Source: Eledone cirrhosa (lineage: Eukaryota). From it: DNA of 64,000 bases. Location: contig OZ024741.1 of assembly GCA_964016885.1 (NCBI GenBank), positions 399,528,001 to 399,592,000 of the forward strand. Direction: 5' to 3'. The translations under genes and the position numbers were made by a program. Shown here one piece after another: positions 50,022 to 64,000 of the stretch; position 1 is the first letter of the stretch, and every line of letters begins with the position of its first letter. Below the pieces are notes generated by a model. It ran no database searches, was not told the DNA's origin, and saw only the letters and a list, made by a program, of their open reading frames with translations.

Positions 50022-50323
50022 CACACCGAGCATTATAATAAATGTTCGGTGAATCCATACGTGCATATATATATGTGTGCATGTATGTATATGTATATAT
50101 ACATACTACTGTACGTCGGTATACATATATGTATGTACGTGTACGTACTTATATTTAAGTAACAGCCGTACTAAGAGTGGGAAATGAAATATCGTTTCAT
50201 TTTTTCCGTTTATCGTTTTCGGTGCACCCGGCCGATTAACCCACTCGATATGCAAATTGGGCTACTCAGCCGTTAATATGCATAAGGTAAGTATATACGT
50301 TCAACAATCTGGCAGGAAGGTAT

Positions 50324-50366
50324 ACGTTGCTGACGATAGCTAACAAGCTTGAAACTAGTACAGCGT
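50324..50366 (+). ncRNA. Minimal type I hammerhead ribozyme, unit 1
   Basis: acgttg-CTGACGA-t agc taacaa gct t-GAAAC ta GTA-cagcgt; palindromic stem III ACTAGT. Confidence 0.82.
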
Positions 50367-50745
50367 TCCTTTGTCAGTGTTGAACAAACGAGCAACGGTG
50401 GTTGCTAGACACTACGGCTTAATACGGGATGTTTGTTTACAAACACACCGAGCATTATAATAAATGTTCGGTGAATCCATACGTGCATATATATATGTGT
50501 GCATGTATGTATATGTATATATACATACTACTGTACGTCGGTATACATATATGTAGGTACGTGTACGTACTTATATTTAAGTAACAGCCGTACTAAGAGT
50601 GGGAAATGAAATATCGTTTCATTTTTTCCGTTTATCGTTTTCGGTGCACCCGGCCGATTAACCCACTCGATATGCAAATTGGGCTACTCAGCCGTTAATA
50701 TGCATAAGGTAAGTATATACGTTCAACAATCTGGCAGGAAGGTAT

Positions 50746-50788
50746 ACGTTGCTGACGATAGCTAACAAGCTTGAAACTAGTACAGCGT
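50746..50788 (+). ncRNA. Minimal type I hammerhead ribozyme, unit 2
   Basis: Identical to 50324-50366. Confidence 0.82.
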
Positions 50789-51215
50789 TCCTTTGTCAGT
50801 GTTGAACAAACGAGCAACGGTGGTTGCTAGACACTACGGCTTAATACGGGATGTTTGTTTACAAACACACCGAGCATTATAATAAATGTTCGGTGAATCC
50901 ATACGTGCATATATATATGTGTGCATGTATGTATATGTATATATACATACTACTGTACGTCGGTATACATATATGCATGTACGTGTACATACTTATATTT
51001 AAGTAACAGCCGTACTAAGAGTGGGAAATGAAATATCGTTTCATTTTTTCCGTTTATATATATATATATATATATATATACGTAGGTCCCGGGTTGAGTC
51101 GGGGATAACCACAGTAAGTAAGGTACTAAATACATGGCAGAGTAAATTTTTTTTATTTTATAGAAGGAGCTTCTACAGGACTAGTACTGTTTCATATATA
51201 TATATATATATATAT

Positions 51216-51584
51216 ATTGTTATATTTGGGGAGGGTCATATTTGCGTAATATTGTCAGAATTAATAACAGAACACACTCACTGTTTGGTTGGTTTTCGCT
51301 TCGATGTTGCAGATGTGCAACGAAAGATTTATGTAAACTATATATATATGTGTTTGTCTATATTGTATCTGTATTATTTTTGACCGCCGGTCAGTCAATG
51401 GCAACATTGAGGACCGAGTAAGTTAGATCGCAGATATATATATATAAAAGACAGCGAGAAGCGAAAACCAACCAAACAGTGAGTGTGTTCTGTTATTAAT
51501 TCTGGGAATATTACACAAATATGACCCTCCCCAAGTATAACAATATCTGTTTCGACACACGATTTCATATAAAAAACCTCGCAA

Positions 51585-51590
<6 letters not shown>
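51216..51590. repeat. Inverted pair of a dispersed ~90-130-bp repeat
   Basis: Arms 51216-51303 and 51458-51546; other copies at 48107-48196 and about 53810-53880. Confidence 0.7.
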
Positions 51591-51646
<56 letters not shown>

Positions 51647-51661
51647 GTATATATATATATG

Positions 51662-51825
<164 letters not shown>

Positions 51826-51836
51826 CATATATATAC

Positions 51837-52135
<299 letters not shown>

Positions 52136-53944
52136 TTCGATATAAAATTCACAAATACATTTACGTATCCGCTATGTTAGAGCTAACAAACAAATCCTAA
52201 CTTTTTCTTTTTATTTTATGTGTGTTTTTTTTTAAATTCTATGTTAATGGTATCATGCACATCACTACACCACATTAGCAAAAGAATGTCAGAATGCTTG
52301 TATACACAGCTTGCCATCAAATTTTGCAGCGTCTATGTTGTATAAACAATAACTGTGAGATTCCTTTATAAACTCGGCTGTCTATATTTAACAGTGTTTT
52401 GCTAATTACAGAGACAGCTCACTGAAGAATCATCGTAACGCTCTTAGATAGAATAGTAAAGTGTTGTGAAGTGTGTTAGAGCTAAAATGGATGTGAAGTC
52501 TAATAGAACGATCTTATTTAATGAGTAAACATTGACAAGTGTAAGAAATTACGTAAACATTTCAACTAATTAAAACTAATATAAAAATACAACGGAATAT
52601 CTTGTTTGTATCTGTTTTTTTCTCCTAATTTTCTTTTCCTTCGTTATTCGTTATCTTTTGACATCGTTTTCGCAACCACAGCAAAATCTAAATTATTAAT
52701 TTATGCTGTTGGTTCCTTTGACGCCAGATCTCGTGTGAAAATATAAACAAAAAGACTTCTCTTTCTTGTTCTACCGTTTGAAACAAAATAGGAAAGGAAA
52801 TGAACAGTGAAATCGGTGAAAGTGAATTAGAAGGTTTTGTCTTATAACTGGTTTACATAAGTGACAAAACAACTTGCAGAATCAGGCAAAACAAACTTGA
52901 ATCTTAGCTGAACGATTTGGTTGCTGATGTGCGTGTGTGTATGTATATGTATATATATATATATATATAATTATGTAATAAACGAAATAAGGGAAGTATT
53001 CAATTTACCAAAGGTTTCACGAAGACAGACGAGCTCAACAGAGACGTCTGAAATCGCTCATCAGAATGAAAATTTAATATGTATATCTATCTATCTCACT
53101 CCACTTTTCCCTTCACTGCTCTGTATACACACATACATACCCTTATATTAACATACTTTTGCTCATAGCTTCGTACTTACATGTACACACATTCTTTTAC
53201 TCACATATACACACAAATTTCTTCTTAGCTTCGTACGGATATATAATAACACACACACACACACATGCTTACGCACGTGCACAAGTATAGCTCTTTTTAC
53301 AAAACGTTTTTTTTTCCATTTCAGGTAGACACGCTTCATCATCCACTTTTCTAAAAAAATAAATCATACACAAAACGCCAGCACCAACAGGTTTGCAAGA
53401 GATGTCAACATGAATGGACCTGATGATTTCCTTCGAATGAAACAGTTCTAGTCTTGTAGAAGCCATTTTTATATTAAACATATAAAATATATATATATAT
53501 ATATAAATACAATAAAGTATGTCCATAGAATCATTTGATAAAATATATACACCATTTCCTCTCCCAATCAGCATAATCAACCACACAAAAAACTAATTAA
53601 ACTAGGCTATAAGATTAAAAGACACCTATGAAGAAATAATAGATACATAAACGATAGCTATCTATTCGCGATCAACAGCCATAGAATATTTACCCAGCAT
53701 TTCCAATAGCACGTGGGAATCGATTAAATATATCGTCAACCATACACAATTAGGTATAAAATCAAATTTAGAAGAAAAAAAGTATATAAAATTTCGTTTC
53801 TGAATTTGTTTAGCAAGATTCTTTATCTGAAATCGTGTGTTGAAACCGATATTGTTATACTTTGGGAGGGTCATGTTGCCAATAAGAAACACACGCACCA
53901 GTTGCTTTCACTTCAATTTATTATAATAAATTTATAATAAATTT

Positions 53945-55445
53945 ATAAATTTATAAATTTCTGGTTGGTTGGTTGGTTCCACAACCAGATAGTTGTTTAT
54001 ATATTGTCATAGTTCTTTCGTCACACACTCTGTGACCTCTTCAGTGACTGGGGATTCCTTTCTTTGTTTCTGTGCCTCTCCTTTGTTCTGTCCTACGCCA
54101 TTTTGTTTCTGTGTGTGTGTTGTGTGCTCAGTCTGCGCATGCGCCACATCCGGGTGTCTGTGTGTGTTTATGTTCATTTATTTATTTGTTTATTTACATG
54201 TTACTGGTTGGTTGTTTGTTCTATGTGTGTGTGTGTTTTCATTTTGTCCTTAATTGTAAGTTGTGATGTTGCTGTTCCACTCATATTTTCTATTTAATTT
54301 TGGTTGTAATTCTTTTATGTTTATTGCCTCTGTAATTTGTCTAAACATTGCGTCTTTTCTGTGTGTAGATTCTATTTTTATTTCTATGTTCTCTAATTTA
54401 CCCTTGTGTTCTATTTTAGCATGTTGGTAGAGTACAGATGATTCTTTACTATCTTTAAGGTCTCGCCAGTGTTCATTTATCCGTTCCCCAACACTACGAG
54501 CTGTCTCACCTATGTACACTATATTTTTGTCTCTACATTGTCCTTCAGTACATCTTATGCTATACACTACATTTCTAGTTTTACAGTTAATATGGGAGCT
54601 TATTTTACAGGTTATACATTTCTTATCTATACATGAGGGTCTTTGAAAAGGGTATGTCTTGCTAATAAGTGTTTTTACGGAGGTACCTGGTCTTTCTACT
54701 ATCTTAATATTGAGTTTATGTTTATTTAGGGCCCTTCTAAATTTGTAAGCTAATTCACCTCTAGGGGTTGTATCGATGAACATTACACTCTGGTATTTAT
54801 TGCTATCATACCATGAGTTTATTCTATTAGCCTTGTTCCTAGTTCTTTCTATTCTATTCCAAAATTTGCTCCTATACAAGGGGCAGGTCCCATTTATGTC
54901 ATTATTTACCATTTTTTCCCATTTGGTTCTGGCTCCTCTATACACTCTGATTTTATCTCTCTGATTGTAGCCAGAGAACTGCATACGGTGGATGAAGTGT
55001 TGTATGTGTCTCTCTAGTTCTTCGGGGTTGCACATGCGGGACACGTTTCTCATCACCCGTACCAAATCCGCAATCAGTATGTTGATTTTGGTATGGTCCG
55101 AAACGGCCGAGTTTCGGTGGATCAGATGTTTGGAAGTCATGGGTTTGGCATAATGGGAATGGAGGATTTGTATTTTGTTATTAATGGTATCTAACCAGAG
55201 CTCTGTGTCTAGTACAGGTAATCGATGGTTGGGGTGTTTACTTGGGTAGTCTATAGTAACTCTAATGCTCTGGTGGATGGAGTTAGCTATTTTCTGGATG
55301 CTTTCCATTGTGTTTTTCTCTAGTTCCTGACTGTTCTCTAGTGGGGGTGTCTTAACTACGATGTTTATATCATCAACGTAGCGGGAGTACATTATCAGGG
55401 TTAAGGGGTCTTCTAATTGTTCTTTAAGCTTAAGTTTAAGTCTAC
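53945..55445 (-). mobile_element. Penelope-like element, 5'-truncated: RT C-terminal half, linker and GIY-YIG
   Basis: YSRYVDDI, LPVLD, Cys-rich linker, VVYSIRC..VYIGETARS..RINEH, QPKLN; open frame 55445->54250. Confidence 0.9.
54006..54048 (-). ncRNA. Type I hammerhead in the Penelope 3' UTR
   Basis: gtca-CTGAAGA-g gtcaca gagtg tgtgac-GAAAG aa CTA-tgac. Confidence 0.72.
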
Positions 55446-55460
55446 TGTATATAAAAATTA

Positions 55461-55509
<49 letters not shown>

Positions 55510-55639
55510 GATAAATCTACCAAAATATACGGTAGTGTCCAATCCGTATGAAGAACTCAATATAATCCAAATATCATGAAAAGAGAAGATGTATTCAAAA
55601 GCTTTTTCGATGAAAATCACAGGAAAACAGAGTCAAGAT

Positions 55640-57829
55640 AAATTAATAAAAACAATGAATAAAAACAAAGAAACAGTTTCTTATATTAAAAAATTCATCA
55701 TTTTACGATCGTTTCTAGGATATATATGTGTGTGTTGGTATGTATATCATATAGATCTATGTAAAAATTTTACAAACTATCAGAGGGAATATACATACCT
55801 ACACATATATATGCTGTCTTCAGAAATAATTGTTTCTACTTTTGGCACAAGGCCAGTAATTACTCAGTGTATTACTGGTACTTTATTTTATCGACCCCGT
55901 AAGGATGAAAGGCAAAGTTAACCTCGGCGGGATTTGAACTCAGAATGGAAAGGGTCGTAACTCTTTGCGTCAAAGCATGGCGTCTGACCCTCTACCGATA
56001 CTGCCAATCCACTCAGAAATAATGATATTTGTTTATTGAAAAAAACCAACAAAGATTTAATATAATAGGTCTGTTTGGGAACAGGTTTTGAATTGACCAA
56101 TAGAAAAGTAATAAGTGGTCAAGTTGATAGAATAGTAGTAGTAGAAATTTAATTTAGGGGTAGAGGAATACAGACTTCAGTTTTGAATGGAAAGAATACT
56201 TTGAATGGAAAGATTACTTTGGGGATGAAAAGAGGTCAAGCCGGTGAAAGGTACACGAAAATTTGATGTTATTAAAGAATAATGCTAATGTTAAAATCGA
56301 AGGAGAATAAAATTTTAGGATAAATGTGTTAGTGAGAAATACCAATCTTATTTAAAACATAAGGAATTTAGATCTATAAAAAGAAATTAAATTAATTTAA
56401 TTGATAGGTATACTTATAGGGATAAATTTATATTAATTCATATAGATGTGATAAATAAGAGTTAGATGTTATTAAAGAATGTTGTTAAAAACGAAGGAAA
56501 AAAAATTGGGGGGGGGGGATAAATGTATTAGTCAGAAATAACAAACTTATATAGACTACAAGTGATTTAGATTCATAACAGGAAATTAAAATAGTTTATA
56601 TGTATACTTATAGGTATTAATTTTAGGAAAAGATAGCTGTAAAAGGGAAATAAAATGATGAAGTTCTCAGTAGTAAAATACTAATTATAGGTTAACTAAA
56701 TTAAAAAAACTAATTATAATAATTTGTAAAATATAAGTGTAAGGTGTATATTAATTAGGTTTATAATATTTGAAAGTTCTTCTAAAAAGTGTAGAATATG
56801 TTCCCAGGAACATTTTGAAATAATGAAATCTAAGGATATCCTATTAAATAAGCGACAGAATTAATTATATCGTGCAATCATAGAATTAGAAGAACTTTCA
56901 AATATTATAAACCTAATTAATATACACCTTACACTTATATTTTACAAATTATTATAATTAGTTTTTTTAATTTAGTTAACCTATAATTAGTATTTTACTA
57001 CTGAGAACTTCATAATTTTATTTCCCTTTTACAGCTATCTTTTCCTAAAATTAATACCTATAAGTATACATATAAACTATTTTAATTTCCTGTTATGAAT
57101 CTAAATTCCTTGTAGTCTTTATAAGTTTGTTATTTCTCACTAATACATTTATCACCCAAAAAATTTTTTTCCTTCGTTTTTAACAACATTCTTTAATAAC
57201 ATCTAACTCTTATTTATCACATCTATATGAATTAATATAAATTTATCCCTATAAGTATACCTATCAATTAAATTAATTTAATTTCTTTTTATAGATCTAA
57301 ATTCCTTATGTTTTAAATAAGATTGGTATTTCTCACTAACACATTTATCCTAAAATTTTATTCTCCTTCGATTTTAACATTAGCATTATTCTTTAATAAC
57401 ATCAAATTTTCGTGTACCTTTCACCGGCTTGACCTCTTTTCATCCCCAAAGTAATCTTTTCATTCAAAGTATTCTTTCCATTCAAAACTGAAGTCTGTAT
57501 TCCTCTACCCCTAAATTAAATTTCTACTACTACTATTCTATCAACTTGACCACTTACTACTTTTCTATTGGTCAATTCAAAACCTGTTCCCAAACAGACC
57601 TATTATATTAAATCTTTGTTGTTTTTTTTTCAATAAACAAATATCATTATTTCTGAAGACAGCATATATGTGTAGGTATGTATATCCCCTCTGATAGTTT
57701 ATAAAATTTTTACATAGATCTATATGATATACATACCAACACACACATATATATCCTAGAAACGATCGTAAAAAGATGAAGTTTTAATATAAGGAACTGT
57801 TTCTTTGTTATTATTCATTGTTTTTATTA

Positions 57830-57833
<4 letters not shown>
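55640..57833. mobile_element. Neptune-type Penelope 3' end with a ~950-bp inverted pLTR copy
   Basis: Arms 55640-56784 and 56887-57833; spacer encodes KCRICSQE..ILLNKR/ELIISCNH (PLE C-terminal motif); HHR at 57644-57779. Confidence 0.8.
55820..56023 (-). mobile_element. SINE family A with 11-bp TSD TCAGAAATAAT
   Basis: Present in the left arm only; the empty site is visible at about 57645-57657. Confidence 0.9.
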
Positions 57834-57917
<84 letters not shown>

Positions 57918-58857
57918 TATGAAGAGAAAATACACACTCACACAGAGACATAATACGAACAGCCATATTCATCCTTACCTCATCAGGCATATTGCTAGTG
58001 TGAACATTAGTGTGTAGTTAAAAAAAAGATTATTATTGAAACATTGTCCTCATTTCAGTAGACGAACCAAGAATGAAATTTATTTCATTCTTCAAAGTAT
58101 AGTTCGTCAGAGTCCAATTAAATTCAATTTACCTTGTTTCAATATGCCAGTAAGAGAAAAGTTCTGACGTCGTAAACTTAGTTGTAAATAATAGCGTTTA
58201 AAATATAATAGAGAAAACGTGAAAATTATGGAAGCCTAAATTAGTAATTAATATTTATATATGATATATTTACGTTCAGTAATATAGATATCTGACAGGC
58301 CTTTATTATTGTGGTCAACTAGAAAAGCTAAAACTTTATTATTTCTGTGGTCACTGTGAGCGCTATATTATCTGCGCTATTCAACATTACACCAAAATAC
58401 ATAAAAACAGAAACAGTTTTCACAAAATTCAAAATGTCTTTGGACAAATTCCCCCAAGAAATTCCGGATAAATTTCCTACTCCCTGATATATCTCCGAAA
58501 ACAATAACTCTCTACTCGAGTGGCCATGGTGTCAAAAACATGACTGAGGTGTGAATCATGAGTTGAAAGACTTCGCCAGAAGGTGTTATTAAGTTAGACA
58601 TGACCTGGGCCAATACTAGCCAAAACGTATCAAATGTATAATATATCATTACAAAAGAAGATAACTTACACGATATATAAAGCTAGATTTATACCAATGG
58701 GAATTAAAAAATCATATTTCGTAAGTGAAGTTGGGAAAACAATTACTTTTGACAAATAGTAAATGTATGTTAAAAGTTATGGAAGCATATAACTCTAATT
58801 CAATATAACTATAATTAATAATTGAATATAAATATTCAGTTACATAAAAATGAATAA

Positions 58858-58919
<62 letters not shown>

Positions 58920-58924
58920 CTTTG

Positions 58925-59252
58925 GCCCCACTCGGTCACGAATGACCATGGTTTTGCACCTAGAAAGTTTCCCTCCGAGGCACAAGCTTTGGCAAAGTTT
59001 GTTTTGTGGAAGACCAGCAGTCACCCATGTATACCAGTCTCACCTCTCCATGCCACTTATGTTGTCCAAGAGAAAGGCACTGACGGATGCAGCTTGGCAC
59101 CAGTGACGCCACATCTCATTTCTACAGCTGAGTAAACTGGAGCAACGTCAAATAAAGTGTCTTGCTCAAGGACACAGCGCATCACCTGGTCCGAGAATTG
59201 AACTCACAACCTCTCAATTGCAAGCCCAATGCTTTAACCACTAAGCCATGCG

Positions 59253-59255
<3 letters not shown>
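58925..59255 (-). mobile_element. SINE family B, full length (tRNA head, V/Meta-like core)
   Basis: TGGCTTAGTGGTTAAAGC..GAGTTCAATTC..GTGTCCTTGAGCAAGACACTT. Confidence 0.85.
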
Positions 59256-59293
<38 letters not shown>

Positions 59294-59332
59294 ACTCTCT
59301 CTCTGTCTCTCTCTCTGTATGTATGTACATAC

Positions 59333-59402
<70 letters not shown>

Positions 59403-59517
59403 GTATGTACAGAGAGAGGAGGGGAGATAGATGGATAGAGAGAGAGAGAGCGTGTGTGTGTGATTGATTGTAAATGAGGAAGAGAGATATGGTATGTAGA
59501 TAGAGTTGTGACATTAC

Positions 59518-59717
59518 GTCACAATATAAAGTATCGAATGGTGTGGCTGCTCCTGGGAAGAAGAAATCGAAGTAATCGTAATCCTTAAAAACCAATAACC
59601 ATATTGCTATATTTAGTAATTCGATAATCCGACTTATTTCCATTGTCGGTCGTTTCCAAACTTTAGCAGGACTTAAAGTTATTTGTGTCTATTTGCCAAT
59701 CGCATGATAATTCTCCT
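59518..59717 (-). other. Candidate host exon (5' UTR plus hydrophobic N-terminus)
   Basis: Acceptor ..ttgtctacag|, ATG at 59643 giving MEISRIIELLNIAIWLLVFK..TPFDTLYCD, donor |gtaatg; no homolog recognised. Confidence 0.2.
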
Positions 59718-60469
59718 GTAGACAACAACAACACCAACAACAACAATAATAAACAGCTATCAATGATACTTTAGGTTTTACATCACGAAATTTCACATGT
59801 TTAAATATATAAATACTAAACCGAAATATTTCATCATCTGACTATTATTATCCGCTCGTTTATTTGGATACCTGTCAACTCTACAAACTTTGACATTCCG
59901 CCCACTAAATGGTTTAACCCGCTTAAATTGACCAATGTGGCCGAACGTTAATAAGTCAATGTAGATTAGGTTTAGTTCGAACTTGAACACGCAATAATTG
60001 TGATATGAGCTGACCTCCGACAATATTTTCAACAAAAATGTCGTCATTTGATATTACTCTCAAGATGTTTATATTGTGTGTTCCAGACCAACTTAAACTT
60101 CACTCCACCGCACCCTAGGCCCAGAGCTCACCACCCTCCCTCTTCCCTCTCTCATTTTTCTGTGACCATAGAGCCCTTTCCTTTCCATTCCTTTTCCGTT
60201 TTTAAATATCAATAAAGTTATTTTCACTGAAGAAAAATTAAAATAACTATATTGAGGTAATCTGCGAGAATAATCGATAAAATTTTAAACAGATTCTTTC
60301 ACTAAACTGTTGATACACCAGCGTTCTCTTGTTTTACCGTTGTCCATAACAAAACTAGTGACAATTGTTGTTGATGTTGTTAATCTTCATCAAGTAGATT
60401 TATATTCAAAGGTATTCCATGTGTGACCGTCATGTCATTTATTCAGAATTATTGGTCGGTCTCCTTCTC

Positions 60470-60965
60470 TCCAAGATGTAGGCCTGGGCAAGGTGTTTTG
60501 TGAAAGACCAACAGTCCCCCATGTATCCTGTCTCCCCTCTCCATACCACTGATGTTGTCCAAGGGGAAGCTTGGCACCACTGACATCACAACATGCACTA
60601 TATACACATTATATACTCTATACACTATATATACACTCTATACTCTATACACTATATATACATTATATACACTATACAATATATATACATTATATACTCT
60701 ATACACACTCTATACTCTATACACTATATACACATTATATACTATATATACTATATACACTATATACGATGTTGTCCAAGAGAAAGGCAAGGAATAATAC
60801 AGCTTGGCACCAGTGACGTCACAACTCATTTTTCCAGCTGAGTAAACTGTAGCAACGTGAAATAAAATGTTTTGCTCACGGACACAAGGTGACGTCCTGT
60901 CTGGGAATCGAACTCACAACCTCACGATTGTGAACCTAGCACTCTAACCCCTAAGCTACGCACCT
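60470..60965 (-). mobile_element. SINE family B with internal duplication and 9-bp minisatellite
   Basis: GATGTTGTCCAAG..GCTTGGCACCA occurs twice around (TATACACTA/TATACTCTA)n at 60596-60767. Confidence 0.75.
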
Positions 60966-61049
60966 TGACATTAGTGTAGCTATGACTAAATTATCCAACG
61001 TGTCCATTCCTTTTTAAGACAGTAAAGTGTTAATTGGACGACAAGGTCA

Positions 61050-61577
61050 CTTCAGAAGCTCTCTACATTCCAGAACCACATCATGAGACTTATGACTGTC
61101 AAGCAGCTCAACGACCGTATCTGTAGCAGTGAGTTGCTCAACATTATCAAACTTAGACCAATTACATCAATTGTCAAGTCAAGAGTACTCAAACTATACG
61201 GCCATATAAAAATATCAACTCGTGGTGTGAGTAGGTTATGCCTGGAAGGAAGGTTGCCTGGTATGAGAAGCAGAGGCTGGCAGCCAAAATGATGGCTTGA
61301 TGTCAACTTATGGATTGGACTTGATCTTTGCTCTTTAAACTCTGCTGTTGGTGATCGAAAGGTATTATATATTCTTGGAAGGAAGGTTGGCTGGTAAGAG
61401 AAGCAGAGGCCGGCAGCCAAAACGATGGCTTGATAATGTCAACTTATGGACTGGACTTGATCTCTGTTCTTTAAACTCTGCTGTTGGTGATCGAACTTTG
61501 TGGAGAGAGATATCACAAGATATCACATGTTAATGCGCAGTCTGCAACTGGCGGAGTTTAGCGTCACAAGAAGAAGG
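61050..61577 (+). mobile_element. RTE-type LINE 3' fragment with internal tandem duplication
   Basis: VKSRVLKLYGHI..LEGRL.G.RSRG.QPKRWLD; 61240-61360 repeated at 61375-61495; AAG tail. Confidence 0.7.
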
Positions 61578-61829
61578 TGTTATATGGGCGAGCCCTGGCT
61601 GCTATTTCTAGCAGATATTTAGACAATCCATTGTTAGTTTGTATGCATGCATGAATGCATAGTCCCGTAACTCCTGGGGGAGTTGTAGGGACACCATATT
61701 GATATACAGCGTTTCTAGCGCATTTTTAAACCTGGCGAAGCCTATCTCCGCTCCAGATCTGAACATAGCAAATTTCTTGCAGAGAAGGATAGAGAGTTAG
61801 TGGATAGAAGTAAGAAAGATATGTAGAAG

Positions 61830-63860
61830 AATCGACCTCAGTACTAGACTGGTATTTTTTTATCGATCTCGAATCTCGAATGGACGAAAGGCAAAGTTGA
61901 CTTCGGCAGGATTTGAACCCAGAGCACAAGAATTGGAACGAATACCGTAAAGTCTTCCATCCGACATTTCAACGACTCTGCCAATTCGCCGCCTATTACT
62001 CAGTGCGTTACTGGTACTTTATTTTATCGACCCCGTAAGGATGAAAGGTAAAGTTAAACCCGCTGAGGTTAACTTTGCCTTTCATCCTTATGGGATCGAT
62101 AAAATAAAGTGCCAGTAATGTACTGGGGTAATTGCTGGCCTTGTGCCAAAAGTAGAAACAATTATATTTGGTTTTACTCGGTCTTCCATTTATTATTGGC
62201 AGTATCGGTAGAGAGTCGGACGTCATGCTTTGCAGCAAAGATTTACGGTCCTTTATGGTCTGAGTTCAAATCCCGCCGAGGTTAACTTTGCCTTTCATCC
62301 TTACGGGGTCGATAAAATAAAGTACCAGTAATACACTGCGGTAATTGCTGGCCTTGTGCAAAAAGTAGAAACAATTATTAGTTCGTATAAGTACCAATAA
62401 TGTAATGGCATTTATTTAAAAGACCATATCTGCTTTTAGGGTTGGATTTAAGCTTGAAAGGCCCGGGGCACTTCAGGTTTGTGGAGGGGACCAAGGCACT
62501 TCAGGTTTGGGGAACTCGAGACACTTTAGATTTGGGGAACCCAGGGCACTTCTGGTTTGGGGGAACCCGGGGCACTTCAGGTTTAGGGAACCCGGGACAC
62601 TTCAGGTTTAGGGAACCCGGGGCCCTTCAGGTTTGGGGAACCCGAGGCACTTCAGGCTTGTGAGGCCCATCATACACAAAACATTATACTACCCAGCAAA
62701 CCCCCCCAATTTTACATATCAAAGTTAGCTTGGCACAAGTAATTGTAATTGAAATGTTATACATACAAGTATTAAATTCAAATATTGGAATCATCAAAAC
62801 GTTGGATAGAATGCCTTGTGGTATTTGTTCCGACTCTCTACTCTCTGAGTTCAAATCCCGCCGAGGTCAACTTTGCTTTTCATCCTTTCGAGGTCGATAA
62901 AAAATGTACTGGTGTAATATTGGGTAGATTCCTCCTCTATATCTCTTTCTTACTTCCTCTCTCACCCTATCTATCCTTCTCTGGAATAAATCTGCTGTAT
63001 TCATACATGGAGAGATGGACTCAGTCAATTTTTAAAAAAATGCCCTAGAAAGGTCATATGTCAATACAACACTCCTACGACCCCCTCTGGAATTACGGGA
63101 CTATACATGCAATGTTATCTGCCCCCCCCCCCCAATAATAATTGTTTCTACTTTTGGCACAAGGCCAGCAATTGCCCAATTATCCCAGTACATTGCTGGT
63201 ACTTTATTTTATCGATCCAGAAAGGATGAAAGGCAAAGTTAACCTTGGCGGGATTTGAACTCGAACCGTAAAGGGACGAAACTCTATGCTGCAAAGCATA
63301 ACGTCTTACCCTCTACCAATACTGCCAATCTACCCCCGCCCCCACAATAATAATGAAATAAAATAAGACAAGATAACCAATATTTTGTAGCAGCACACAA
63401 TCCCTTAAATTGAGCCCCAGTTCTTGAGTAAAGTTTCTTTTATCGTCTGCCGGAAAAAAAAATTGAAATCAGTTTTGACTTGGATAAAATTTGAACTTAG
63501 AATGTAAAGGAACGTAAACACCACAAGGTATTTTGTTTCGTGCTTTACTAATCGTACGATCTGTGATACTATACAATATAAACAGTGAAATAGGATGTGA
63601 GATACGGTGTGATATTTATCCCAGTACATTACTGGTACTTTAATTTATCGACCCCGTAAAGATGAAAGGCAAAGTTAACCTCGGCGAGATTTGAACTCAG
63701 ACCATAAAGGGCCGTAATTCTTTGCTGCAATAAATAATTGTTTCTACTTTAGGCACAAGGCCAGCAATTATCCAGTTCATTACTGGTACTTTATTTTATC
63801 GACCCTGTAAGGATGAAAGGCAAAGTCAACCTCGGCGGGATTTGAACTCGGCGGGATTTG
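61830..63860. mobile_element. Cluster of about eight SINE family A copies or fragments
   Basis: Same core as the other copies; fold-back junction near 62060. Confidence 0.8.
62462..62660. repeat. 24-bp GC-rich minisatellite GGCACTTCAGGTTTGGGGAACCCG
   Basis: About 8 contiguous tandem units without unique spacers. Confidence 0.9.
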
Positions 63861-64000
63861 CTGCAATAAATAATGAATGAATATTACATAATATATCTAC
63901 TAAATTTCGTAGCTTTTGATTAAATATATTTTATTGCTTATTTAAAGATTCACTTCTTTAAACTTTTCAAATGGCAACACTTCCGGTTAGCGATCGCTTA

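Larger units (their letters stand above)
50021..51055 (+). repeat. 422-bp tandem repeat (about 2.45 units) with one HHR per full unit; non-LTR retrozyme-like
   Basis: Units start at 50021, 50443 and 50865 and are near-identical; (AT)n flanks. Confidence 0.9.

Noticed and set aside
55446-55620. N-terminus of the 456-aa Penelope ORF
   Set aside because: Read-through of (AT)n and flank; the element is truncated near 55445
62462-62660. CRISPR-like or coding 24-bp repeat
   Set aside because: Spacerless minisatellite; its ORF is a repeat artefact
63965-64000. Promoter (CTTCCGG ETS-like word)
   Set aside because: Single short motif at the window edge; insufficient evidence

Overview
AT-rich animal genomic DNA that is almost entirely transposon-derived. 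The SINE families and microsatellite load suggest a cephalopod such as Octopus (inference). No host gene can be called with confidence. 1.6-21.7 kb: six non-LTR retrotransposons stacked in one (TTA)n/(TAA)n tract, namely five R4/Dong-type RLE copies of two families (all minus strand) and a Tx1/L1-clade element with an intact ORF2 (plus strand). 25-33 kb: a near-intact RTE LINE with a C2H2 zinc-finger tail, a bipartite non-autonomous RTE and a third R4/Dong-like family, all in (TATG)n. 21.7-64 kb: Penelope-like remnants, many type I hammerhead ribozyme (HHR) motifs, about ten inverted duplications, a 422-bp tandem HHR repeat (retrozyme-like), CRE-like fragments, a MITE, a Helitron-like element and more than 20 tRNA-derived SINEs. 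The most unusual signal is a multi-pseudoknot RNA motif, with covarying base pairs, shared by the 5' UTRs of the unrelated R4/Dong and RTE elements. Repeat boundaries are read by eye and may be off by about 10-20 bp; all RNA folds are manual.
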